Part shown: piece after piece, positions 1 to 14,239 of the stretch
How the letters are laid out: every line of letters begins with the position of its first letter
Position numbering within the stretch: position 1 is the first letter of the stretch
Assembly: GCF_018977255.1 (NCBI RefSeq)
Contig: NW_024704742.1
Span: forward strand, 40,984,001 to 41,048,000
Direction of reading: 5' to 3'
Source of the DNA: Callorhinchus milii
Lineage: Eukaryota
DNA length: 64,000 bases
Notes under the pieces: model-generated
Databases searched by the model: none
Told to the model about the DNA's origin: nothing
What the model saw: the letters and a program-made list of their open reading frames with translations, nothing else
Program-made: the position numbers and the translations under genes

Positions 1-534
1 CTGTTTTATCTCCTGGCTGCACCTCTCTTCTGGTTGGTCTTCATGAGGCAGTGTGGAGAGTGACAGGAAGAAGAGCTGAGCAGGAGGTATCTATCCCCGC
101 CCCTCCCTGTCACGTTTTGCATTGTCTCAAGCAACCTGGTGAGGCACAGCGAGTACTTTGCAATTCTAAACGTACAGAATGATGAGTCTCAGCAGGAAAC
201 GTGAGGTAGATATGGAAAATAGATGATTTCAGTGTAAGTGGCAAGTGTTTATTGAAACTTGTTTATTGAAAGTAATGGAAAGCCTTGTTTGCTTGCAAGT
301 CATAGCTGTGTTGAAGGAATTCAGAGATAGTTCTCAATTATCGATTGATCTGTTTGGGATTTGATGAGCATTCTCTGTAGGGGCCCTCATATGCTGAGTT
401 GATATCTTGTATTACATTAAAAACATTGATTTCCATCTGAGATGATTATTATTAAGTAATACAGTCACACAATTTAAAATACAGGATTTCTGTATGATTC
501 TTTTATGTTTCTGGAAGGGAAAAAGTAAAATATT

Positions 535-607
535 TCTTATGTGGCCAGCAGACTTTTCTCAAGTGTGGTATCTGGCCCTCAGCGTCCAAAAGGTTGGACC
601 ACCCCCG
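535..607. mobile_element. hAT (Charlie/MER30-like) terminal sequence
   Basis: gtggcc...tggccctc...caaaaggttggaccacccccg followed by tgtaga resembles a Charlie-type right TIR and target. A similar left-TIR-like motif cagcggtgtccaaccttt starts at 37739. Confidence 0.5.
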
Positions 608-954
608 TGTAGACTATGAGCTCAAAGTCCCCATGTGGAGGGTTGACGCACAACTGCTGACTGAAGAGGTGAGATTGCTATCAACTTAGCCAGGCTGACA
701 CCAGGCTGTACTCCAAACATTTCTGTAGCGACTCTCTGTTAAACAGTTGGAAGTCAGCGAATAAATCGCAGTGATGTCAGTTTAAAACAGAACTGCAACA
801 TTTGGTTACCAATTGGTGCAAAAGGTTGAGCGCCACTTGTGACCAGAAGGTGGCATGAGATACTTTGCTACCTAACGCTAGTCACAAGTGTTCTGATAAC
901 TTTTTAATTTCTGTCACTGCTCCACAACAGCTCAATAAAATTATTCCACGAGTA

Positions 955-1290
955 ACTAAGTCATACGGGACTGGAAAGGTCCCGTGTTTAACTCCCATTG
1001 CGTATTGTGTTACCTGATCTCAGATGGGAAGCTTTAGGGCATTATAGTTAGCTTGAGTGCTGCAGATTAGAGAGGAGGAAAAGCAGCTAAGGTTCCAGCT
1101 CCTGATCTCTATCCAATGATCCTGCTAGAGTTGCCTATGGTGGGACATTGGGTAAGGTTTAGGTCAGGCTTGGCTGTGATACCCCTGCAATTAAATAATC
1201 TGCCCAAGCCTCAAGCATGAATAATGGGCACTTCGGCATGGTATTGTAGCACTGGACCCTATACATTTGATTTCCAGAGGAAAGAAAAGG
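955..1290 (+). mobile_element. Ancient degenerate SINE-like repeat. Related pieces at ~28750-28950(+), 34145-34300(+), 40380-40590(-) and 56250-56400(+)
   Basis: Recurring motifs catac(g/a)ga..gaaggtccc, tgtgctgagtt.gct.atctc, agggttcc(t/a)gctcctgatc, ggcttggctgtga and cttcaggag across five loci. Family not named. Confidence 0.55.
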
Positions 1291-3134
1291 AAGTTGAAAT
1301 GCATTGAATTACAGAATGGGGCGGGGAGAATATTGGAACGATTGATCTTAGCTTTTTGTTTCCTACTATTTAGTCAATTTATATCCAATTTACAACATTC
1401 CATTTACCCCAAGGTATTATTATATGTAATAGTGTAAATAAAGAAGTCCATATGCCAAAAATCTGCATCAAAAATAGGAAACACTGGAAATCCACAGTGG
1501 ACCACCAAAGCCAGTCCAGTCCCAAATGTGACGTGTCTTTTCTCTTTTAAATGTTGATTGTCCAGCTGTGGATTTTTGAAGTATCTTGTGAAGCACCTTA
1601 TCTGATGGTTTCTGAAAGGTACACAGCACCCACCATTTTACCAGCACTGACATCCTCAAATAATTCCATTGCATTTGGTTGGCATGATCTCCCAGTCATA
1701 AACTCAGCATAGGTTGAAATTAATGAGTGAATATTCTTGGCTTGTTTATTTAAAAAAAATAGATTTCAATATTTTTCCTATTGTGGATGTCATGCTTACA
1801 GGCCTATCATTTTGATGACTTTTTAAAATTGGATAATCTTATTATGTACAAACCATAATTTCAGATTCAGTTCCCCTCATGTTTCTCTAATTTCCATTCC
1901 TATTCTTGGATACATTCCATCTGTTCCTTTTGCCTTATGAATATTCCAGTTCTGAATATTCCAGTTATATGATTCAAAACAATGTAGCTGCATATTGTCT
2001 TCCTTTCCCAACACAAGAAAAATATGTTTATAGCAGTTTATGCAATAACAAAGAACACCTTAATCTACGGTGTACCTACTGATAGTAATAAAGTTACAAT
2101 ATTCAAAAATATCCTGAGAGGTATTTTAAAACAGAAAAGGTGGTGAATTAAAAGAGGACAGTAGGGGCGGGGCAGGGGGACATCATCTCAATGTGTTAAT
2201 CTAACCTGTCTCACCTTGGTGTTAAATTGGAAAATATACTAAGAAACAATAGAAAGCCAGGCACCAAGTCTCTGAAGGTCACCAAATTGATGTCTTATAC
2301 TGGGCATGTATAGACTTGTTTATGTACTTGGTGATTTGAGTCTTTAGTGAGAGAACTCCATCATAATTCCCACTGTAAAGTTACCTGCCTTGTAAAGTTA
2401 CTGACCTTTGGAAGACCAACTCTAAGTGCCTTTGTAATAATAATAATGATGATCCTTTGTATTCCACATTTAATATAGCGCTTCTTACATTAAAATGACA
2501 TCTCAAAGTGCCTCACAGGATATACTACAACGTGTAGTGATTGTGTATTTTGTTGGCACAGCAATAATGCAATAACTTATGCAATAATGAAGAACAGCTT
2601 AACCTTCAGTGTGCTTGTTGACAGTAAGACAGCTACAGTATTAGGATACAATACTGCTTTGACACAATATATGTAAAATATTGTTAGTGAGTGTTTGTTT
2701 TGTGTCATATACATTGGGTGTAGAATTCCCACAACAATCGGTTGTAAATTATTTCTTCATACGCTTGCTCTAAGTAATGACACTGGAATTATGAATCCTT
2801 CCATGTGAACAGCTATATGCATCGCTGATACTGAACAAACTGGCAGTCAGCATCTGCACTGACACCTGCTGCCAGTCCAAAAATTGCCCCAAGATGGAGT
2901 TCAGCCACACATCAAAATAACAGTATATATTATACAAAATAACAAACACCCTGGAGTGATCTTTGGGCTACATTTAATCTTAAAGTTCATCTGATGGCTG
3001 TAAATCACTCAAAAAGCGAACTTGCAGGATTCAGATGTCACCTACACCTTATTCTGTACAATGTGACTATATTAACGCTATTTACTAAACTAATAGTTTG
3101 ATTGATCCACTGAAATGTATCTATGGAATAATCA

Positions 3135-3563
3135 GTGTCAGCCTGGTTCATTTGGTAACCCTCTCGCCTCTAAGTGAAAAGGTTATGGGTTCATGCCCCA
3201 CATTGGGACTTTGAGCTCATAGACTAGACTGTGTACAAATGAAGGCCAGGGTAAGCTCTGCCTTGTTGGAAGTGCCGTCTTTCGGATGAGAGGTTAGAGC
3301 TGTCTGCCTGTTCAGATAGATGTTAAAAGATTTGTTGACACAATTCAAAAAGAGAAGGGAGATTCTCCCAGGGTCTCAGGCCAACAATCTCCCAAATAAA
3401 ATAGGTCATTCACTTCACTTCAGGTCTGTTTGTCAGACATTGCTGTGCTGTTGTTCACGCCCGCAAAACACACAGTCACTACATTCTACAGTAAATCCAG
3501 TTAAGGACTTTGAGATGTTTCAATGATGTGAAAAGGGGCTATATGGAATGTAAGGATTATTAT
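3135..3563 (+). mobile_element. Deu-domain SINE (SacSINE1/AmnSINE1-like), full length
   Basis: tRNA-like head gtgtcagcctggttca...ctctcgcctct; Deu-like core ggaagtgccgtctttcggatgagaggttag...aaaagat...gagaagggagattctccc; L2-type tail. Family name is from recalled consensus. Confidence 0.78.
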
Positions 3564-5799
3564 TTTTGTAGCCTCTCCTCACTTGGCAACGGGGTTAGTC
3601 ATAGGATTCCTGTATTCTGCCCTGACCTGCTGAGTGTGGCACCTGAGAGATTGAGAGGCCATGTTAGTTAGTACCTCGGAACTACAAGTCAGTGAGTGTG
3701 TTGAAAGAAAGATTACTGGATACGAACCATCAAATCCAGGGGCCTGCACTCCTCCGTATCTGTTACAGGTAGTTAGCATTGACAGTCCTTGCTAGGGATG
3801 CTGGATACTGTATTAATAAATCATTAATTCAGTCTGCCAATGTATGGGTGTGCAGTCTCTTTCTGACGCTGGTTGTCTGTAGTCCTGTATTTAAAATACT
3901 ATCTGATCAGAATGTCTTTATTATTCAGCAACATTCAGAAAGGTGACCACAGTGTAAGTCTCGCAGTGTAAGTCTATGGAGAATATCTGTTGTTGGTGGT
4001 GAAGCGAAAAATGTACTAACGGCTACTTTGGTACATGTAAGCTGTTCGGTTAGGTTTGTGACAGTTAACTTGAGAGCCAATTTGAGATGACAACACTGAT
4101 ATTATTATTGTCTCACCAATCTGTCAAATGATTGACAGAAGGTATTATCAAATTGTTTTCTCCAGCAAATTACCGGGAATCCAGCATCCAATTTTCATCA
4201 CATACTGTTATGACTTGTATATAAGGAAAAACAAGGCTGCCTTGTTAAACGGACTGTGACAGAAAAAAACAATGATTTTCATGAGCATGTTGTAGTGTAC
4301 TGCTGACCCATTACAACAACAACTTGCATTTATATAGCGCCCTTCATGGAACGCTTGACAGTGGCGATGTGTAACACCGAGCTGGGGGTGGGGGGTTAGG
4401 CATTGGCAACATGACTTCAAGCACTATATTAGTTACACAATGCCAAGAGGGACATGACCTTCATATCATATTGGCTTTCCCATCATAGAGTACTCAAGGG
4501 AGAGAGATGTTACATAAACCAGGACCAATTAGGACTGGAGTTTAACACTATTTGTGTTTGGAATTGTAGTCACTGGGACTGAAAAGTTGCCAGGCTCATT
4601 TTGTTCACTCATGCTCAGCTGTCAGTGAGGAAGAGATGTTTATCTTTTGACTGTGTCTAGGTTCAAGTCAAAATACCGGGAAGTGTCATCCACACCAGGG
4701 AAAGACAGAAAGATGAATGCGGAGAGTCCAAAAATTTGAATCGTTCAAGTCAGCCTATTGAAAGGAAAAATAGACGATAGGGAAAATAGACGCATGACTG
4801 AGAACATTGTTACACACAATGGAGGTGGTACACAATATAATGTGAGCGTCAGTCATCCCATTAGATCGCGATCCCACTAACTCACACACTGTCGACAGGT
4901 ACCTCATCAAAATCACTGCTGCTTTTATGAATTGTGTGTGCACGTGTGAATTTAAAAATAGTTCCTAAAACAAGCTTGAGATACCAAAGGCATTTGGGGG
5001 TTTAATTTAAGGTTTTTCCACTTCTGTGCTTTCTGGTCTATTCAGTTCATACACACAATAATCTGGCCAATAAAACAAGCCAGAGACCTTCTTCCAAGCC
5101 TTTGCCAAGGCCATTATCTCTGGAGCCGGCTGGCGGGAGGTTTGTGTCATTTGCTTGGGATGACTCACCCTTCAATTTCCCGTTCCTTTTGGACAAATTT
5201 AGCAACTTGAACTCTTAAGCAGAAGGAATTACTTCTGAAGGGGAGTACATAGGCATGTGGGCTTGACAGGATGCTAGGGTGGGGAAGGAAAGGTTTAGAG
5301 TCAGAAGGAAAGCTGATAAAAGATTTGAGGAAGGATCGGAGGCAGATGGAGCAATGTGATGGAGTTCCGTTAGGAACAGGCGATGTACCAAAGCTGGCAA
5401 GCAGCTTGAGTTTGTACAAATGGAGTTTCCAGTACTAGTCCAGGGTGGATCCTCAAAGCAGTATTTTATTCCTCAACAGAACTGCTGTGGAGTAACTTTC
5501 TGGAACAACTCCATAATCTGAAGACGTTTTATGAGCCGAGTTTATATAAATCTACTCTTAAATCATACATGAGAACAAAATACCAGACTGAAGTTATTAA
5601 AGTAACAATCTGTTAAAGATTGAGAACCAGTTAGAATAAAGGCAGAGCAAAAATGTGCACACATGATAAAACCAGGAAAGCTGCTTCAGAATGCAGAGTC
5701 AATTGACATGTTTAAAAGGGTGATAGATATTCGGAAAAGAGATGGAGAAAAAGGGAGGAAATAGGATCAAAAGATATGTGTGATCTAATGAAACTCCAA

Positions 5800-6660
5800 C
5801 TCTAACTCAACTCTATCTCTCTGCTTCCACCCTCAATTCCAGAACCACTGCTGTTCCTGACGGTTTTCCTGTCAGATATCAAGTTCTGGATAAGAGCTAA
5901 CTTTCTCTAGTTGAATGTCGACAACAGAGGCCCTCCTGATTGACCCCGTCAGCACCTTCTCACCTCAGGTGTCGACAGCATCACTATACAGGGATGTATA
6001 CAGATGTACACTATCCACCTCACCAAGCCAGTATGGAACACCGGTGCCTGTTTTGACTCTCAACTGTGCTTTAAACTTCACATCCATGTCGTAACCCGTT
6101 CAGTGTTTCCCCACCTCCGCAACATTGGTTTTCCTCCCCAAGACGTAATAGCAGAGGCATTGATCCAATCTTTTATCATGTCCTGGCTTGACTATGTTAA
6201 CTCCCTGCTTGCCAGACTTCCCAATTCTTTGCTCCACAGGTTTCAGATTACTGGCTCCCCATACACCAGAGAATCGAGACTCGAGATCCTTGGCCTCACA
6301 GTTAAAGCCATCTATGATTTTGCACCACCCTGCCTCTGTGACCTGTTAAAACTTTACCAACCCGCCTGCTCTCTCTGCTCGCAGGCACAGGCCTGCTTCA
6401 TGTACCCCTAACCTGCCCGCCCCACCATCGGCAGTCGGACCTTCAGCCGTCCCCACCCACTGGAACTCCATGCTGGAGTCTCTTCACTTTGCCCCTTCCC
6501 TTGCCTCCATCTCAAGACCTTCCTCTTTGACCACTCCCACCTCCCTTGCCCCCACTCCTCTTGAATCCAGTCCCCAGCTGTGCAAACCCTAGACTGTCCA
6601 GCACCTTGGGACGTCCTCCCGACATGAAAGGTGCTGTATAAATGCAATTAGTTGTTGTTG
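5800..6660 (+). mobile_element. L2-clade LINE 3' fragment (degenerate RT C-terminus and tail)
   Basis: ORF remnant ...HLRNI...AEALIQSFIMSWLDYVNSLLARLP...APPCLCDLL..YQPACSL is L2 ORF2-like; tail ttgggacgtcctcccgacatgaaaggtgctgtataaatgcaa(ttg)n. Confidence 0.85.
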
Positions 6661-8120
6661 AAATGGGGAAACATGGGCATTACTGCACCAACTTAGTGTG
6701 GCACTGACCTGATGGTGTTGATAAATACTCAGTTCATACGTCACCTTTCGGTGAACATCATCATAGAGAACAATGTAAGTTGGAACTGGGACACTGAGAG
6801 CGTCTTGAAATTTCAACAGCATACTGATAACCAACAATGCAGTAGAAACTTAATAGGTGCAAATCAATTTGATCTCTGCTCAGAAATGGCTCCTGAAATA
6901 TTCTTTGCCAGTCCAGTGGATGGCCCAAGAACTTTAAAGGGGCTAACTTTAATGTTATTAAAGACCCAAAACCATGATGTTGCTCAACCTTTAACCAATT
7001 TGGTCAAAGACATAAATGTCAAAGATTCAAACTCCCATTCGCTCCACTGGGTATGAGAATAACCTGGTCATTATTCTAACAAATACATCAAAAAATCCTT
7101 TGGATCTGGCTTTCTCATATCCTCTTTGTAATTCTCATGTGAAAGATATTGAGATAATCACTGGTTTCCTGTTGGGCTTGGTGGCACGGAGCCAATTACC
7201 TTCCTGTAGAAGTGCTGGTCGTGTTCGATGGAATTGAACACTTTAAGAGTAACTTTCATGCCTGTTTGACAAACTGAATGTCTGCCCTCGATTTACAATT
7301 AACTTTTTACTCACAAATCAACCACATCCTTATTGCTGCTTTTCTGCATTGCAGGAAGCCAGAAACCTGAACCCCAGTTAACAGTTTGTTTACCAAAAGG
7401 TTTGTAGCTTTCAAATAATGAATACTGTATCTGTATTCCTGTATACTGTATGCAAGTCTTTATCATAATGGGGCTCTATCACATGTTTATCTTCAACACT
7501 AATGATCCTTTTGTTTATAATGGGAGGTTGAAAATTGTGAGGTGACAATTATCCCGGCCTTCACAAATGCAATCAAAGAACTGATTTGTATTGACTGGCT
7601 GTGTGCGTGGGGGAGGTCACCAGAATAAGGTGTCAGTGGTGCATTATAGCAGATCCAATCAGCTTTTGTCAACTACACACTTGGGAGCATGACTTGTGCA
7701 CTAGCACAAGAGTGAGTTTTCAATCTAGGTTTGCCAAGGGTGTCATTTTTATACTGGTGAACTCTTCTTGATAAGAAAGCATGCGGGGTGTAGGGCTGGG
7801 ATGAGTAAAACTGGCACACAGAGCTATTTCTTCAGGCACACAGATCTGTGGAGCTGCTTGTGCAATCAGGAGAAGATTAGAGTCTTCACCTTGGGAGTTT
7901 TGCGTCTTCCCACCTAACTCGGATCTCCATTTTCCCTCACACATCCAGCAATAATGCTTTTTGATTGGATGGCTGAAGCCAGTTATGATTGATTAATACA
8001 TTTTCCAAAAAAATACTGTTAAGACTGAGTTAGTCCAATTATATTCTAAATGCTTCTATTATGTAAATAAATAATCATTTAATTTAATGCCTTTCATGTC
8101 AGGAGGGCCTTTCAAAGCGG

Positions 8121-8463
8121 CTCTGAGTCACAAGGTTATGGGTTCAGGCCCCACGATGGGACTCCAATGCAGTGCTGTGGGGGCGTGTTGCATTGTTGGA
8201 GGTTGCCATCCTGTGACTAAAACATTAAACCATGACACTATTCGAAAAGAGAAGGGCGTTTCTCCCTTTGTCCTGGCCAACAATCTCCCAAATAAAAAAT
8301 TCTCATTCACTTCATGGCTGTTTGTGGGACACGGCTTTGCAAACTGGCTGCTGTGTTTCACCAACAAACACAGAATTAATCCACTTTACAGTATATCCTG
8401 TGAAGCACTTTGGGATGTCTTGATGACGTGATAAGTCGCTGTATCAAATGCAAGGATTATTAC
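8121..8463 (+). mobile_element. Deu-domain SINE with internal deletions
   Basis: Head, partial core and tail align with the 3135 and 9424 copies. Confidence 0.72.
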
Positions 8464-8862
8464 TCATCTTAAAAAGCTTCTCTACCCTGGTATAGTGAAT
8501 AGCTCTAGGGAAGAATTCACTGAAAATAGAGCACTTGTGGAGTATATTAAACTGTACTTAACAGCTCATAAAAGCAATGAACTCAGTGCCAGATTTCCTT
8601 CAGAGGCTTTGATGCTATCCTGTGTGTGGATACTGTAAGGGAAGTCCACTATGTTTCAGACATCGGGGATATTGTCTCTTTGAATCTGCAGTGGAAATAT
8701 TACATTTTTCATCACTTTCTGAATAAATTGCACAATCAATTCCCAAATCTTAAGAAGTGAAGTCTTAAGACTTGGGAACGAACTTTGTCCCACCTGAAAT
8801 AGAACAATGTACACGTGGACATTCCTCACTCACATAAACTACATGGAGAACTACACAGAATT

Positions 8863-9223
8863 GTGAAGTCTTGTAGTGTAGTACTTAGGGCATTCGCCCT
8901 TAAGAGACAGAACTTGGGTTTGATTCCCGACAGAGCCAAACGTTAGGCAAGTTTCCTTATTCCACATGTCTCTGTTTACCTAGAAATATGTAGGAACCTG
9001 GTTGTTAGGCGATTGGTGGATCGTTTTCTGGGGTTAATAATCTCTTCAAAAAATAATAATAATAATAATTTGGTCATTCAATCCACGACTGTTTGTGGGC
9101 AAATGCTGTGTGCAATTGGCTGCTGCGTTTTGCACACAAAATATACTGTAAATTCACTTTACAGTATGTTCAGTGAAGCACCTTGAGACGTCTCAAAGAC
9201 ATGATAAAATGCAGCATTATTAT
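8863..9223 (+). mobile_element. tRNA-Ala-derived SINE, long variant, diverged
   Basis: Aligns with the family consensus (ggcaagtttccttattccac...ctgtttacctag...aatccacgactgtttgtggg). Confidence 0.85.
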
Positions 9224-9423
9224 GGTGATGCGGCAAAAATACACCAGACTTCATAGCAGCAAGTCACATACATGTGACCCTTTCCCCTCCCAGCCTGATG
9301 CAAAGCAGGTAATTACTGTATTATCAAAAGGTCTAATATCATGTTTCGTGTACCATTGATTATCCACTTCGTCCTAGAAGTATATAACTAACTTTATATT
9401 TGCAGTATCAGTGCAAGGTAATA

Positions 9424-9857
9424 TAATAATCTTTGCATTTGATATAGCGCCTTATCATGTCGTTGAAACGTCTCAAAGAGCTTCACAGAATACACTGTAA
9501 AGTACAGTGAAAATGCTGTGGGTGAAATATGGCAGCCATATGTGCACAACAATGATCCACAAACAGCCATGTGAGCGACCAATTTTATTTGGATGATTGT
9601 TGGCCAGGAAACTGGGAGAAACACACATCTCTTTTCAAATAGTGCCATGGGATCTTTAACGTCCTCAACAGGCAGACGGGACCTCGGTTTAACATCTCAT
9701 CTGAATGACGGCACCTCTGACAATGCAACACACCCCAGCACTACAATGGATTATCAACTTTCACTATGTGATTCAAGTCCTGACTTGAAACCATGACCTT
9801 CTGACCCAGAGGCAGGACTGAGAGTCCCTGAGTCCTACCACTGAGCCATGCTGGCAC
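9424..9857 (-). mobile_element. Deu-domain SINE, full length
   Basis: agtgccatgggatctttaacgtcc...ggacctcggtttaacatctcatctgaatgacggcacctc is the reverse complement of the Deu core. Confidence 0.82.
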
Positions 9858-9959
9858 AGGTAATTACAAATACAGATGCCATCAAGTTAGGGGGAAATGT
9901 GGAATTCGGAGGAGATGGTTAAGATCTTACAAGGAGAGCTAGATAACGTTTACATCTGA

Positions 9960-10345
9960 GCTATTACCAGCAAATTAAATTCAGTACAGGTAGGAAGTAA
10001 GTTTGGGGTTGATGTGGGTAGGATAGAACTTATGAAGGAAGAAGCTGAACAAAACTAAGGGATCTTGGGTCTTGCAATGTCCAAACAATATGCGGCAGCA
10101 ATAAACAAGGCAAAAAAGATCTGAGCTACGCTGCCAAATCAGTTCAATTCAGTTCCCCAGAAATGATGCTCAAGATGTACAGATCTCTGGTCAAGTTGCA
10201 CCTGAAGTACTGTTTGTAATTCTGAGTTGCCAAAATATAAGAGGGCTGCCCAGGCCCTAGACAGAGTGCAGAAGAGAACAAGGATGGCCTCCAGTGTTAG
10301 AGGGTTGAGTTACACGGAACAATTAGATAAGCTAACGCTCTTCAA
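9960..10345 (+). mobile_element. CR1 RT C-terminal fragment. Further CR1 relics at ~1500-1990(-), 12256-12329(+, tail), 18290-18590(+), 20210-20560(+), 35350-35570(-), 54620-55280(+), 60180-60750(+, split by a SINE) and 63455-63640(-)
   Basis: tgtacagatctctggtcaagttgcacctgaagtactgt...cagagtgcagaagaga...gggttgagttac; CR1-type tails (ttcttatg)n and ggccgaatggc. Confidence 0.68.
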
Positions 10346-11514
10346 CAGTGGTGCGGGGGCGGGGGGGAATGATCATTAGTGGTGCTATATTCCTATCGTT
10401 CTCCGTGCTGTCTCATACTTCCTGCTCCAGCTCTCTTCCCATCATTCTCTATGCTGTACAATTTGGTACAATTACTTAATCTTATGAACTGAAAAGGACA
10501 AACTAGATTGTGGTGCTACAGGGAATAAGAAATGGACAATCATGGGATTCCAGTTGTAAAGCTCTTAAAGAGACAAGCATTTAAATAATTGTACCAAATG
10601 GGTCACCTAGTATGCACAAAACATAAACCTAAAATGTTTCTTTGTAGTGTACAAACTTTATAAGAATCTTTCAGGATGGAAAAAATCTTTCTCCATCCCG
10701 AATACACTGAACCATAAAAAACAAATTGTAGGTGATTTTATGTACTAATGCTCTTAGATTCATGGGTCATTAAATATTGGTTTTGTTAAACCCCTGCAGT
10801 TATAGTTGACACATTTAACAATAAGAACTGCTAAAAAAAAGTCCTCACATTCCACTCCTACAGACTGAACTCAATAAAAAATAAACTGATTTATTTCATT
10901 CATGAAAATGTAATGACGTATACTTTGAAAAAAACTCACTAACTGCCATTGTGCACACATCATATCAGTTTGCCTTAAGCAATTTTGAAAACAGATTGGT
11001 GAACATGAATGCTTTAGAGTTAACCACAGCAATCATCATAAGAGACCACGACAGAATTGGTGCTTTCTTCTGTGATGAAACACAGATTAACTGTTAACAA
11101 TAAAGTATATGTACGATAATGTCAATGACAAATTGGGGTATGGCAGTCGTTAGGCATGTTTATTATAACAAGGGTTACAGAAAGAACTTTTACTATCTGT
11201 GTGGTCTGCAGAGCCAAAAAATGAAAGGTGTTTTGACTGGGATTTGAAATGTCAATACATGAGCCACAAGATATTGTTCATTTAGTACAACCATCCCCTG
11301 CAGAGCACACCACGATTGTGTGTCAGTTGCTAGTACTTTCACTTATGAATCAGAAGGTTGAGTTTCAAGCCCCATGTCGGGACGTTCAACTCTGATAGTC
11401 TTGGTTGACCCTTCAATGTAGTGCAAGGGGGATGTTGCATTATTGCAGGTGCATTAGTTGAGATTTTAAACCTAGGTCTTGTTTACATGTTCAGGTGGAC
11501 ATTAAAATTCCATT

Positions 11515-11690
11515 ATAATCCTTGCATTTTGATATAGTACTTTTCACGTCTTCTAGATGTCTCAAACCGCTTCACAGAATATACTGTAAAGTGAATTGAC
11601 TGTAAATTTGTGGGCGAAACGCAACAGCCAATTGCGCACAGCAGTGTCCCACAAACAATCGTGGACTGAAGTGACCAATTTATTATATTT
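11515..11690 (-). mobile_element. 5'-truncated SINE (3' half). Similar tail-only copies at ~13863-13972(-), 14609-14722(-), 28604-28696(+), 36458-36530(-), 47001-47217(-) and 49694-49820(+)
   Basis: Shared tail cacaaaatatacagtcaattcactttacagtatattctgtgaagcgctttgagacgtc...gcgctatatcaaatgcaagg(att)n. Confidence 0.85.
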
Positions 11691-14239
11691 ATTTAGTTAG
11701 TTTTTAATCAAAGGTAAGGATTTTTATTAATAACAAGGCCAATTCTCCATCATGAAGTAAGAGTTTTATTTTTACAAATTAAATATATAAAACCACAGCA
11801 AATTACATCATCTTCTTTCTCATAAAAGAAAACCCCACTTGCCTTTTTACTGGTCCCCTCTCTCTTGTAGCACTGGCTTTGGGGAAATACCTCAAAATTG
11901 GGAAATAAAGGTTAATATGTTTACATTTATAAACCTCTTAAAGGGACAAGCATTCAAGTAATTGTCCCAAATGAGTTGCAAAATATGCAAACCTAAAACG
12001 TTGCGTACAGAATGTGGATTTTACGACTGGCTTTTTATTTGGTCCATCATTTCATGTGACTGATCTCTCCCTTCCTGCGGGAAGAAGTTCCCTTAAATAC
12101 CATACATTATATGAATAATTTGAGACATGACAAGTGTAGTACGTTTGGAAGAACTATGCAACTTTTGATCCAAGGTTTCCAAAACTTTCCACTGTGATGG
12201 TAGATTAATCCATACAGAATTCATCGCCATCAACATCTCCATTATGGTAGTATGCAACTACCAGGATGGTAGAAGCCGGACTAGATGGACCTTGTCTTTT
12301 TTCGTCCAGCAATTCTTATGTTCTTATGTACCTTCTCAGCTGAGTTGCTGACTTTTAATAATTGTCCTGGCCAGCTTAGGCTTAGCCATTTAAGGTTTCT
12401 TCAACTCCAGTTTCCCTCAATGGCACATTGGCACTGTGACACCCCCACACTCCAGTCCACGGTACAAATTTACTTACTGCCTTCCCCTCACTGCGTCTGA
12501 GCATCAAAACTACCACAGATCTACCTTCCATTAGATACAACTGTTGTAAAATATCTCAACAATCATTTTGGTTGCAGAATTAATTTATTGCAGTGAACAG
12601 GAGAATACAGAACTGAAGCATTGAACTCAACAACTCACAGACACTAGAATCTGAAATACAGTGTTAGCCGGTATTTTTTCCATAATGAACATTTTTTTTC
12701 TCTTTCATCTGACTCTAGGGCATAGAGATGTATCCATTTCTGTATTGCTTTTTCAAAGCAGTATAGATGGTATCTTGAAACATAGTCAATTGACTAAATT
12801 ATTCTTATTCTCCTGACCAAGGATATCTGGAGAACTACCGTCTCTTTTTATGAACAATAGCATAAAATTGTTGTTGCCCACCTGAAAGCAGGTAAAAAAC
12901 ACTTTGGTTTAATGTGTCATCTGAAAGACGGCACCTCCAACAATCAAGGGCTTACCCCAGTACTGCACTGTAGTGTCAGTCTAAGATCTCCGATGTGGGT
13001 CTTGAACCTGCAACTTGCTCACAGGTGAGAATTTTACCAGGAGCCAAGCCGACACACAAAACTGTTTAACATCTTCCAAAACTACGAGGTTTTTGAGGTG
13101 CCAAATGACTTTTAATGTGTTAAGAATGGAGTACACAAATGATTTCGAAGGCCCAAGTAAACAATGCCCTATATCACAAAAGCATTGTAATCTAGATTTG
13201 TTTCAACATGCAAAAGTTCAGAGAAATAATAGGGCCCACAATAGTAAGTGCCTAAACAATGAAACAAGTTTAAGTGATTACTTAATAGACTTACTGAGAA
13301 ATAATTTTGCAATAGATTAAGTGGTAGATGTTCATTTAAAGACTCCTTCCAAACTCCTTCACTATGCTAATAGCAAATCTATATTTTGTTGCTTCCATTG
13401 ATCTCAATTTAATTACACATTTATTTGCAATTGATATTCTGAAAAACAGTTGTGCTCAAGTTGTGGACTGTATAATCATCTCTATAAATAATAATAAAAT
13501 TATCAGTCTCAAATTGCAAGATGTATATTTAATTTGCTAATAGAATTCATGTAACAAGTAAATATGCTCAATTTAAACTCAGTGGTGTGTGACAGTATAA
13601 AATGTTCATTTGAAAGACATAAACGTAAATAGGGAAAAAAATAGCACTCCAAATCAAACTCCTGAATTAAAAGTCCAGACGATATATTACATATCAGTAG
13701 GTAATTGGTACAAAGTAAAACATATAGAAATCTCATTTGATCAAACAAACCTGCACCTTCAGCACAGACAGTGGACAACATATCTTTTCATGAATTCTAG
13801 CCCAAATATTTAACTTTCTGGAGGAAAACTGCACAATTGCTCCCCAATCCCCCAGAAGTAACAATAATAATAATCCTTACATTTGATATGGAACCTTATC
13901 TCGTCTTTGAGATTTCAAAGCGCTTCACAGGATACACTGTAAAGTGAATTGACTGTATTTTGTGGGTGAAACGGAATGGAGGATTCGGAGATTGACATAA
14001 TGACAAATCATGAATCCTAAGTCAACAAAGTCCAAAAGAAGGCTAGCAACCAGGGTTTGGCTCATCAGTCTTTTTTTACTCTGCAAGCTCAAGAATCTAA
14101 ATAAATTGTATCTGTTGGGTTTTAGACCCTAATGTCAATTTCAGGACTTCTGGTTCTTCTGCGCATGATATGTCTCTAAATGATTGTTTAACTTATGAGG
14201 TGTTTATAAGGTGGATTTGCACCAGTTCTTTGATCTTAC

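Noticed and set aside
6004..6411. 135-aa ORF as a host gene
   Set aside because: Degenerate L2 ORF2 fragment.
6712..7237. Overlapping 114-aa and 73-aa ORFs
   Set aside because: No recognisable motifs on either strand; lengths are compatible with chance.
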